From an uncultured bacterium (GTDB lineage Bacteria > Oederibacteriota > JAAXVQ01 > JAUVAV01), in NCBI GenBank assembly GCA_963710755.1, contig CAVQBK010000007.1, positions 32,001 to 96,000 of the forward strand: a stretch of 64,000 nt of DNA, in the 5' to 3' direction. Shown in pieces: positions 19,975 to 29,002 of the stretch. The notes beneath the pieces are model-generated. The model was given only the letters and a program-made list of their open reading frames with translations. It made no database searches and was not told the DNA's origin. Position 1 is the stretch's first letter. The number at the start of each line of letters is the position of its first letter. The translations under genes and the position numbers were made by a program.

Positions 19975-20634
19975 ATGTGCGGCCGCTTCTGGTTGAAGAA
20001 AAAGGGCGTGGGTCTGGAATCCCTCTTGGGTTCCGAAACAGGTCCGCCTTTGCAGGAAAGTTTTAATATTGCACCCGGCCATTGGGCCAGTGTCATTATT
20101 GGCCTGGAACATCCGCAACTGCGCTTGTTGAAATGGGGCTTGATCCCTGCCTGGGCATCCAAACCGGATAGCGGTTACAAAATGATCAATGCCCGGGCTG
20201 AGACGATTAGCGAGAGAGTCAGCTACCGCAACCTGTTGAGCGCCCATCGTTGTCTGGTGCCATGTAATGGTTTTTATGAATGGCAGCAAAGGGGATCACA
20301 AAGGCAACCTTATAATATTCAAAGGAAGGATCGCAGGCTCTTTACGCTGGCAGGCTTGTGGACCACTTGGAAATCGCCTGCCCTGCAAGAGATCCAATCC
20401 TTTACCATCATTACTACTGCGGCCAATCAACTGCTTGAGCCTATTCACGACCGTATGCCTGTCATTATTCCCGAGTCGCGTCGTTTGAGTTGGCTACTGA
20501 GTCGGGATGTTAAAGAGATGCTGAGCTTTTTGGAATCTTACTCACAGGATGATATGGAATGTTATGCGGTCTCTCCCTACGTCAATAACCCCGACCATAA
20601 TGATGAGCAGTGCCTGGCGCCTTTGGCGGTCTGA
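19975..20634 (+). CDS. SOS response-associated peptidase (SRAP; HMCES/YedK family)
   Basis: N-terminal MCGRF (catalytic Cys2), INARAET, GFYEW, IHDRMP. Confidence 0.93.
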   Translation: MCGRFWLKKKGVGLESLLGSETGPPLQESFNIAPGHWASVIIGLEHPQLRLLKWGLIPAWASKPDSGYKMINARAETISERVSYRNLLSAHRCLVPCNGFYEWQQRGSQRQPYNIQRKDRRLFTLAGLWTTWKSPALQEIQSFTIITTAANQLLEPIHDRMPVIIPESRRLSWLLSRDVKEMLSFLESYSQDDMECYAVSPYVNNPDHNDEQCLAPLAV

Positions 20635-20767
20635 TCCGGGCAGCTTGTTATTTTGGGAGTTGGTCCGGCTAAGCATTGCGCTGTTGGGAATTTTGTTGCC
20701 AGGGGCAAAAGCTGGGATTAAACTCAAGCTAATTAGTTCCGGTTGGGGAAAGGGCAATTTTCCTATG

Positions 20768-20851
20768 CCCTTTCCTCAAATTTGGGGTGAGGGTCAAAGA
20801 CTTTATTTTTAAAGATAATCCCTCACCTCGATCCTCTCCCAAGAGGAGAGG
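20768..20851. repeat. Degenerate REP-like pair (GGGGTGAGGG ... CCCTCACC-CCTCTCCC-GGAGAGG class)
   Basis: TTGGGGTGAGGG followed by CCCTCACCTCGATCCTCTCCCAAGAGGAGAGG. Confidence 0.55.
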
Positions 20852-20995
20852 AATATTTTGTTAAGATAGAAAATACCTTTTTCTGCAACAAGAACTAATT
20901 ACTACTGTGAATGGGTGCATCACCGTGGTGGTCAATCGGCAAAAATGGTCTTTCCACAAAAATAACAAGCTGGACCCAAGAAGAGGTGAACAATC

Positions 20996-21739
20996 ATGCT
21001 GTCTTTAGGTGATCAGAAACGTTATGCCAGCCAGTTGATGCTTGATGGGATCGGGGAAGCAGGCCAAAAAAAACTATTTCATTCTTCAGTGCTGATCATT
21101 GGGGTGGGCGGTCTGGGTTCAGCCGCGGCCTTTTACCTGGCAGCAGCCGGTGTTGGCAGGATTAGTTTGCTTGATCACGATATTGTGGACTTGCCCAATC
21201 TGCAACGTCAGATTCTGCATGGACACAAGGATTTGAATCATCTGAAAGTGGTTTCGGCCCAGCGCACGCTTTTGGGGTTTAACCCTGGCTGCCGCATTGA
21301 TACCCATGCCGTGCGTCTCGATACACGCAACGTGGACCGCTATGTTCAAAATCATGACTTCATTGTCTCGGCGGTGGATAATTTTGAGACCAAATATCTG
21401 ATTAACGACAGCTGCGTGCGCCTGCAAAAACCCTTCAGCCATGGCGGTATATACGGCTTTGAAGGTCAAACGTTTACGTATGTCCCCGGTCGGGAAAATG
21501 GATGCCTGCGTTGCTTGTTGCCGGAAGCACCTGAAACCGGCAAAGCCCATACCTCCTATCCTGTTCTCGGCTCCTGCGCCGGGACCATTGGCTCAATCCA
21601 AGCTTCGGAAGCTATTAAAGTGCTGCTGAGCCTGGGTCAGACTCTTTGTAACCGCCTGCTGGTCCACGATATGAAGGCCATGACGTTTAAAGAGATGCCT
21701 TTCCAGGCAGAACCTCAGTGTCCGCTTCACCATTCTTAA
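20996..21739 (+). CDS. Second ThiF/MoeB/HesA family protein, immediately upstream of the nif activator
   Basis: RYASQL, GVGGLG, PNLQRQ, CLRC; the C-terminal CPLH lacks the fourth Cys. Confidence 0.9.
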   Translation: MLSLGDQKRYASQLMLDGIGEAGQKKLFHSSVLIIGVGGLGSAAAFYLAAAGVGRISLLDHDIVDLPNLQRQILHGHKDLNHLKVVSAQRTLLGFNPGCRIDTHAVRLDTRNVDRYVQNHDFIVSAVDNFETKYLINDSCVRLQKPFSHGGIYGFEGQTFTYVPGRENGCLRCLLPEAPETGKAHTSYPVLGSCAGTIGSIQASEAIKVLLSLGQTLCNRLLVHDMKAMTFKEMPFQAEPQCPLHHS

Positions 21740-21752
21740 CTAATCTCATTGA

Positions 21753-21794
21753 TACAAAAATGGATGTAAAAAATAATCTAAATACAATATTGTA
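21753..21794. promoter_or_regulatory. Paired TAC-N6-GTA upstream activator sites
   Basis: TACAAAAATGGA (21753) and TACAATATTGTA (21783), 30 bp apart. Confidence 0.6.
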
Positions 21795-21967
21795 ATTATA
21801 AAAACAGTAACAGCATAGGTGCCCGCCAATAATCCTTTTATACCTTCCCATTCATCACCTCGGCAAACCCTTGTGATGTATGGGAAATAATAAGATAAAA
21901 TTTCATTCGCCTCAAATACCTGCGCTTGCCGCAGGGTATTGGAGTCGACGATACCACCCCACTATCT

Positions 21968-21984
21968 TGGGCACGATTTTTGCT
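21968..21984 (+). promoter_or_regulatory. sigma54 promoter of the nifA-like activator
   Basis: TGGGCACGATTTTTGCT, GG-N10-GC. Confidence 0.8.
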
Positions 21985-22040
21985 TTGTTTATTAATGCCG
22001 AGTTTACAGCCATGCAGCAGGACAAGTTCCGCAAACAGAA

Positions 22041-23654
22041 ATGGTGGCCATGATGACAAACAGCTCCGAATTTCAACCGCATCGTTATCTGCAACTGTTA
22101 ACCAAGATTGCCTTTGCGCTTAATCAGCAGCAATCCCTGGACAAGACACTCGACAATAGTTTGTCCTTGATGGGGCATTACATGTCCCTGGAGCATTGCT
22201 CCATTACCTTGCTCAACCGCGAGAACAACCAAATCAGTATTGAAAAAGCCTATGGCTTATCGGCTCAGGAAAAAACGCGGGGCAAATACCAACTGGGCGA
22301 GGGTATCACCGGCACGGTGGTGAAGAACGGGCAGACGGTCATTGTGCCCAATATTTGGGAGGAACCTAAGTTTTTGGGCAAAACTCACGATCGCGCCAGC
22401 AAAGAGCCGGTATCCTTCATTTGCGTACCCATCATCTACCGCCATGAGGTTATTGGTACCTTAAGCGCCGAGCAGGTATTCCGGCCCAACGTTTATTTGG
22501 AAGAATATGCGGAAATTCTTACGGTTATTGCTTTTATGATATCAGAAGCCGTCAGCATTCTCAGGCTGGAGCAGGAAAAGGAGCATGAAGACAATATCAG
22601 GCTTAAAGAAGAAAACGACAAACTTAAGCAAGCGTTGCGTCTGAAAGAGTTGTCTACGGATATGGTGGGGACCTCCAGCGTCATGCAACAAATGATGACC
22701 TTGATTGGCAAGGCAGCCCAAAGCCATGTGACCGTATTCATTTTGGGAGAGAGCGGTGTGGGCAAGGAATTGGTGGCCAATGCCATCCACTACAACAGTG
22801 AACGCAAGGACAAGCCTTTCATCAAGTTTAATTGTGCCGCGTTGCCGGAAAGCGTGATCGAGAGCGAGTTGTTCGGGCATGAACGGGGAGCTTTTACAGG
22901 CGCGGTGATGTCCAGAAAAGGGCGATTTGAAATGGCTGATGGGGGCACTATTTTCATCGATGAAATCGGGGAAATCAGCCCGGTGGTGCAGACCAAATTG
23001 TTGCGGGTGATCCAGGAACGGGAAGTGGAGCGTCTGGGCAGCGCCAATCCCATCAAAATCAATGTGCGCATCATTACGGCCACCAACAAAAATCTGGAGG
23101 CCTTAATGGCGGCCGGGAAATTCCGGGAAGATCTGTTTTACCGGCTGAATGTGTTTCCAATTATGGTGCCGCCTCTGCGGGAACGTAAAACCGATATACC
23201 CCTGCTGACCGACTATTTCATCGAACGCTATGCCCGGGAAATGAATGTGGCTATCAAACGCATATCCACTCCGGCCATTGACATGCTCATGGCTTACCAC
23301 TGGCCTGGTAATGTGAGGGAGCTGCAGAATTGCATTGAACGGGCCGTACTGCTCAGCCATGACGGCGTTATCCGCGGCTATCATCTGCCGCCGACCTTGC
23401 AAAGCAGCATAGCCAGCGGTACGGTCTACCAGGGAACCCTGGAGGAAGCCGTAAGCAGTCTGGAAAAAGAAATAATCGTCGATGCCCTTAAGGAAAGCCA
23501 TGGCAACGTATCTCTAGCGTCGCAGAAGCTGGGATTGACCGAAAGGGTCATGGGCCTGCGGTTGAAAAAATACGATATTAATTATAAAGCCTTCCGCCAT
23601 GTGGGCGACAAATCCCATTTTGCCGTTAATCAAGACCCACCCGCCAGTTACTGA
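22041..23654 (+). CDS. nifA: GAF-AAA+-HTH sigma54 activator (NifA/AnfA family)
   Basis: GAF (GEGITG), GESGVGKE, ESELFGHERGAFTGA, HTH GNVSLASQKLGLTERVMGLRL. Start may be 22050/22053. Confidence 0.85.
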   Translation: MVAMMTNSSEFQPHRYLQLLTKIAFALNQQQSLDKTLDNSLSLMGHYMSLEHCSITLLNRENNQISIEKAYGLSAQEKTRGKYQLGEGITGTVVKNGQTVIVPNIWEEPKFLGKTHDRASKEPVSFICVPIIYRHEVIGTLSAEQVFRPNVYLEEYAEILTVIAFMISEAVSILRLEQEKEHEDNIRLKEENDKLKQALRLKELSTDMVGTSSVMQQMMTLIGKAAQSHVTVFILGESGVGKELVANAIHYNSERKDKPFIKFNCAALPESVIESELFGHERGAFTGAVMSRKGRFEMADGGTIFIDEIGEISPVVQTKLLRVIQEREVERLGSANPIKINVRIITATNKNLEALMAAGKFREDLFYRLNVFPIMVPPLRERKTDIPLLTDYFIERYAREMNVAIKRISTPAIDMLMAYHWPGNVRELQNCIERAVLLSHDGVIRGYHLPPTLQSSIASGTVYQGTLEEAVSSLEKEIIVDALKESHGNVSLASQKLGLTERVMGLRLKKYDINYKAFRHVGDKSHFAVNQDPPASY

Positions 23655-23696
23655 ACCAGTAAAGCCGGGAAAAATTGTCTCACTGCAATTTGCAAA

Positions 23697-23724
23697 GTAG
23701 GGGCTCGAAATTTTGAGCCCCTGC
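23697..23724. repeat. GTAG-family REP
   Basis: GTAGGGGCTCGAAATTTTGAGCCCCTGC. Confidence 0.7.
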
Positions 23725-23764
23725 ACGATATGGATTAGGCTTTCAGGTGCATGTTTTGTCTAGC

Positions 23765-23822
23765 GCAGGGGCGCGGCATCCCCCTTCGCTAAAGCTTCGG
23801 AGGACTAGTGCCGTGCCCCTAC
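23765..23822. repeat. GTAG-family REP with an inserted second hairpin
   Basis: GCAGGGGCGCGGCA ... TGCCGTGCCCCTAC arms enclosing CCTTCGCTAAAGCTTCGGAGGAC. Confidence 0.65.
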
Positions 23823-23890
23823 CTCTCTCGCCAAATCGGAAAAATTATCTGAGCCAAAAACATAGATCTTGAAGATGCAGCAGCTAATTC

Positions 23891-23932
23891 TACCAAAGGG
23901 TAACATGTTGTATAGCAATCTACGTCAAGGTC
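23891..23932. promoter_or_regulatory. Paired TAC-N6-GTA upstream activator sites
   Basis: TACCAAAGGGTA (23891) and TACGTCAAGGTC (23921), 30 bp apart. Confidence 0.6.
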
Positions 23933-24052
23933 ATTTTCCCGACCACCAATGGTCGTTCCTTTTCCTTTGAAGCCCGTCTGAAAAAACAAACTTTGGCTTT
24001 TAAATCGAACCTTTTTCGTCCTGGAAATACTGAAGGTTCAATCCCGTAAAAC

Positions 24053-24069
24053 TTGGCATACTTCCTGCT
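24053..24069 (+). promoter_or_regulatory. sigma54 promoter of the nifH operon
   Basis: TTGGCATACTTCCTGCT, GG-N10-GC. Confidence 0.85.
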
Positions 24070-24109
24070 CTATACAAGGTCAGCAATCGTAATCGGTCCG
24101 GAGAACTAA

Positions 24110-24964
<855 letters not shown>

Positions 24965-25093
24965 CTTATCCTGCGGTTTACCGCAGAATAAATAAAAGCA
25001 AAAGGAAATTAATATTAAAGCTCATTCATTCCGGGGCAGGCTCCGGGGAATTCCGGAAACGACTTACGCCGGTAAAAAAGGAGGAAAAAGGTC

Positions 25094-25441
25094 ATGTTGA
25101 TGATTCGCTCGATAGTGAGGCCGGAAAAAGTGGACGAAGTGCTGGCCGCCTTGATGGAGGCCGGATTTCCGGCGGTAACCAAATTGAATGTGGTGGGCCG
25201 GGGTAAACAGCGGGGGATCAAAATTGGCAATGTCACTTATGATGAGATTCCCAAAGAATTGTTAATTACGGTAGTGAACTCGAAGGACAAGCAATTTGTA
25301 ATCGACACCATTATGAAGGCCGCCCGTAGCAGCAGCGGTGGCTCCTTTGGCGACGGCAAAATATTCGTATCACCTGTGGAGGAAGTTTATACCATCAGCT
25401 CCGGCATCAAGGAAACAGAGGAAGTGGGGGTGGCGTCATGA
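25094..25441 (+). CDS. nifI1: PII-family nitrogenase regulator NifI1
   Basis: GRGKQRG, YDEIPK, GDGKIF; located between nifH and nifD. Confidence 0.92.
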   Translation: MLMIRSIVRPEKVDEVLAALMEAGFPAVTKLNVVGRGKQRGIKIGNVTYDEIPKELLITVVNSKDKQFVIDTIMKAARSSSGGSFGDGKIFVSPVEEVYTISSGIKETEEVGVAS

Positions 25442-25815
25442 AAGAAGTCCTGGCATTTATCCGGCCCAATAAAATCAACCCCACCAAACGGGCTCTAGCC
25501 GATGCCGGTATTTCCTCCCTTCATGCCAAGGAATGTCTGGGCCGGGGTAAAGGGTTGGTGGATTTCACCATCCTTAAAGGTGCGGAAAAAGGCTATGAAG
25601 AAGCTATTGCGCAGCTGGGGCAATCACAGCGCCTCATCCCTAAGCGCATGCTCAGCGTGGTGGTGCCCGACAAATTAACGGAAACCGTGATCAGCACGCT
25701 GATCGATATAAATCAGACCGGAAAATCAGGAGATGGCAAGATTTTTGTCCTGCCCGTATCTGAGGCCATTCGCATTCGCACCGGGGAAGACGGCGATGCG
25801 GTATTAGACGAGTAA
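25438..25815 (+). CDS. nifI2: PII-family nitrogenase regulator NifI2
   Basis: GRGKG, RLIPKR, NQTGKSGDGKIF; ATGA overlap with nifI1. Confidence 0.92.
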   Translation: MKEVLAFIRPNKINPTKRALADAGISSLHAKECLGRGKGLVDFTILKGAEKGYEEAIAQLGQSQRLIPKRMLSVVVPDKLTETVISTLIDINQTGKSGDGKIFVLPVSEAIRIRTGEDGDAVLDE

Positions 25816-25828
25816 AGGAGCAGGCATC

Positions 25829-27463
25829 ATGAATAAGCGCAGATTAATGGAACCACAAGAAGTCAAACAGGAATTGTTGAAGCGCTATCCGCCCAAAGTC
25901 GCCCGCAAGCGCGATAAACAAATTGTGGTCAACGAAAATGACGAGCAACAAAAAAGTCCTGAAATTAAGGCCAATACCCGTACTATCCCGGGAATCCTGA
26001 CCATGCGCGGGTGCGCTTATGCGGGATGCAAAGGGGTGGTGTTGGGCCCAACCCGGGATATCGTGCATATTGTGCACGGGCCCATTGGGTGCAGCTTTTA
26101 CGCCTGGCTTACCAGGCGCAATCAAACCAAGCCTAAATCAGACTCGGCAGAAAATTTTATGACCTACGCGCTGTCCACGGATATGCAGGAAGAAAATATC
26201 ATTTTCGGCGGCGAGAAAAAACTTAAAAAGGCCATCGAGGAGGCCATTGACCTCTTTCATCCCAAAGCCATCGGCATTTATGCCACTTGTCCGGTGGGCC
26301 TGATCGGTGATGATGTGCATGCCGTAGCCCGGGAGATGGAAGAAAAATATCCGACGGTTAATATTTTTGGGTTCAGCTGCGAAGGGTACAAAGGGGTCAG
26401 CCAATCCGCGGGTCATCATATTGCCAACAACAAGGTCTTTACCGATGTGGTAGGGCTCAATCACACCCGCAAAGAGGGCAAGTACGTGGTGAATCTGCTG
26501 GGAGAATACAACATCGGCGGCGATGCTTTTGAAATCGAGCGGCTGTTTGAAAAATGCGGCATCACCTTGCATGCCACCTTCAGCGGCAATTCGGAATATG
26601 ATGAATTCACCAGCGCTCATACAGCGGATCTTAATTTGGTGATGTGCCACCGCTCCATTAATTACATGGCGGAAATGATGGAAAAAAAATACGGCATCCC
26701 CTGGTTCAAAGTCAATTTTATCGGCGCCGAGGCCTCGGCCAAATCGTTGCGTAAAATCGCGGAATATTATGGGGACCAGGAATTAATCGACCGGGTGGAC
26801 ATGGTTTTAAAGGAAGAACTGCCGGCCGTGGAATCGGTGCAGCAGGAAATTAAAGCCCGCTGCCAAGGTAAGACCGCCATGCTCTTTGTGGGCGGTTCGC
26901 GCGCTCATCATTACCAGGAACTATTTCACGAAATCGGCATGAAAACCATCTCTGCAGGCTATGAGTTTGCCCACCGAGACGACTATGAAGGCCGGAAAGT
27001 TTTGCCGGAAATTAAGGTGGACGCCGATTCCCGCAATATCGAGGAACTATCGGTTGAACCTGATCCTGAACGATATCAAGCCAGACTGAGTGAGGCTAAA
27101 AGAAAAGTACTGGAGAAAAAAGGTCTGGCCTTATCTGACTACGAAGGCATGATGCCCTCCATGGACCGGCAAGCCTTGGTGATCGATGACCTCAATCATC
27201 ACGAAGCCGACACCCTGATCGAGCTGTACAAACCCGATATTTTTTGCGCCGGCATCAAGGAAAAATACGTGGTGCAAAAATACGGTCTGCCTTTGAAGCA
27301 ACTGCACAGTTATGATTACAGCGGTCCCTATGCCGGATTCAAAGGGGCAATCAATTTTTTTCATGAAATTGACCGGATGGTGAACAGCAAGGTCTGGGGC
27401 ATGATTCCTGCGCCTTGGGACAAGGAACCGGAAGTGGTCGGACGCTACGGTTGGGAAGCTTAA
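25829..27463 (+). CDS. nifD: MoFe nitrogenase alpha chain (group II, with internal insertion)
   Basis: RGCAYAGC, HGPIGC, GVSQSAGHH, CHRS (cofactor Cys), HSYDY (cofactor His), ~50-aa insert after DDYEG. Confidence 0.98.
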   Translation: MNKRRLMEPQEVKQELLKRYPPKVARKRDKQIVVNENDEQQKSPEIKANTRTIPGILTMRGCAYAGCKGVVLGPTRDIVHIVHGPIGCSFYAWLTRRNQTKPKSDSAENFMTYALSTDMQEENIIFGGEKKLKKAIEEAIDLFHPKAIGIYATCPVGLIGDDVHAVAREMEEKYPTVNIFGFSCEGYKGVSQSAGHHIANNKVFTDVVGLNHTRKEGKYVVNLLGEYNIGGDAFEIERLFEKCGITLHATFSGNSEYDEFTSAHTADLNLVMCHRSINYMAEMMEKKYGIPWFKVNFIGAEASAKSLRKIAEYYGDQELIDRVDMVLKEELPAVESVQQEIKARCQGKTAMLFVGGSRAHHYQELFHEIGMKTISAGYEFAHRDDYEGRKVLPEIKVDADSRNIEELSVEPDPERYQARLSEAKRKVLEKKGLALSDYEGMMPSMDRQALVIDDLNHHEADTLIELYKPDIFCAGIKEKYVVQKYGLPLKQLHSYDYSGPYAGFKGAINFFHEIDRMVNSKVWGMIPAPWDKEPEVVGRYGWEA

Positions 27464-27611
27464 ACTTTCTCCGGACCGGTGCATCGACTCATTGGAGAGA
27501 AATAGCGGTTATTGATCCTGTCGAAATGACCGCAAGCAGTTACCTTCGCTTGCACCTTTACGCCGACAAACTTAGCGAGCGGTGCAGGGAGGATCCTAGG
27601 AGGTTTTCATC

Positions 27612-28979
27612 ATGTTATTAAGACATACACCCGAAAAAATAAATGAACGAGAAGCACTCACCGTCAATCCCGCCAAAACCTGCCAGCCTGTTGGTGCTAT
27701 GTATGCAGCTCTCGGTATCCACAGGTGCATGCCTCACAGTCACGGTTCTCAGGGCTGCTGCGCGTACCATCGCAGCGCCCTGACCCGCCACTACAAGGAG
27801 CCGGTGATGGCGGCTACCAGCTCTTTCACGGAAGGTTCTTCCGTGTTCGGCGGGCAGGCCAATCTTCTCGAAGCTATTAATAATATCTTTGCCATCTACG
27901 GACCGGATATCATCGCCGTGCACACCACATGTTTGTCCGAGACTATCGGCGATGATGTGCCTCAGATTATTTCCAAAGCCTTGGGTGAGAAAAAAATCCC
28001 GGAAGGCAAACTGGTCATCAGCGCCAGTACCCCCAGCTATGTGGGCAGCCATGTCACTGGGTTTTCCAACATGGTTAAAAGCATGGTGGCCAATCTATCC
28101 GCAGTGAGTGACATCCGGCTCGATCAGATAAATGTCATTCCCGGATTTGTTGAGCCCTCGGATATGGCAGAACTCAAACGGCTGCTCAAGGAAATGGGTG
28201 TGGGCAACGTTCTTTTTCCAGACACCTCCAATGTGCTCAATTCTCCGCAAACAGGAAAATATGAGATGTACCCCAAAGGGGGTACCACCATTAAAGCCCT
28301 GCGCTCCACCGGTCAGAGCCGCCATACCGTGGCTCTGGGAAAATTAGCCAGCTCGGCCGCCGGCAAGCTGTTGGATACCAAATGCAAAGTGCCCTTTACC
28401 CAGCTGGATTTGCCCATCGGGCTGCGGCTAACCGATATCTTTCTTGATAAAGTACGTCAGGTTACAGGCTTGTCTATTCCTGAGTCCATCCGGCTGGAAC
28501 GGGGGCAGGTGCTGGATGTTATTACCGATATGCATCAATATTTCTACGGTAAAACTGCGGCCTTGGTTGGAGATCCTGATCACCTGGTGGCCTTGACTCA
28601 GTTTCTGAAGGATTTGGATATCAAGGTTCGTCATGTGGTGACCGGAACACCAGGCAAGAAATTTGTAACCCGGATCAAGGAGATTGCCGGTGACGAGGTT
28701 AATGCCTTCCAGGCCAAAGATATGCTCTACTTCCATCAGTTGATTAAAAACGAACCGGTGGATTTGATTTTCGGGAACACCTACTGCAAATATATCAGCC
28801 GAGACGAGGATATTCCCTTAATAAGATTCGGGTTTCCCATTTACGACCGCGTTGGCCATCAATATATGCCCCTCCTGGGTTACCGCGGCGCCATGCGGCT
28901 GTTGGAAAAAATATTAAATGCCTTGTTGGATCGGCAGGACCGGGATGCACCGGAAGAGAGCTTTGAATTGGTGATGTGA
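27612..28979 (+). CDS. nifK: MoFe nitrogenase beta chain
   Basis: NPAKTCQP, HGSQGC, TTCLSETIGDD, GFPIYDR, C-terminal FELVM. Confidence 0.98.
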   Translation: MLLRHTPEKINEREALTVNPAKTCQPVGAMYAALGIHRCMPHSHGSQGCCAYHRSALTRHYKEPVMAATSSFTEGSSVFGGQANLLEAINNIFAIYGPDIIAVHTTCLSETIGDDVPQIISKALGEKKIPEGKLVISASTPSYVGSHVTGFSNMVKSMVANLSAVSDIRLDQINVIPGFVEPSDMAELKRLLKEMGVGNVLFPDTSNVLNSPQTGKYEMYPKGGTTIKALRSTGQSRHTVALGKLASSAAGKLLDTKCKVPFTQLDLPIGLRLTDIFLDKVRQVTGLSIPESIRLERGQVLDVITDMHQYFYGKTAALVGDPDHLVALTQFLKDLDIKVRHVVTGTPGKKFVTRIKEIAGDEVNAFQAKDMLYFHQLIKNEPVDLIFGNTYCKYISRDEDIPLIRFGFPIYDRVGHQYMPLLGYRGAMRLLEKILNALLDRQDRDAPEESFELVM

Positions 28980-29002
28980 GGGAAAAGAAAAGAGGCCTGG
29001 CC

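Noticed and set aside
9395-21806. Canonical NifA UAS TGT-N10-ACA at 9395-9410 and 21791-21806 (near-match TGT-N10-ACG at 23909)
   Set aside because: Not adopted as the main model: these are single 6-bp matches, imperfect at nifH, and the HTH is not NifA-type. The paired TAC-N6-GTA sites are more consistent. It remains a testable alternative.
25829-28979. Alternative (V or Fe-only) nitrogenase, suggested by the AnfA-like activator and sites
   Set aside because: NifD has Mo-type GVSQSAGHH and HSYDY motifs and the group II insertion; there is no vnfG/anfG ORF between D and K; nifEN are present.
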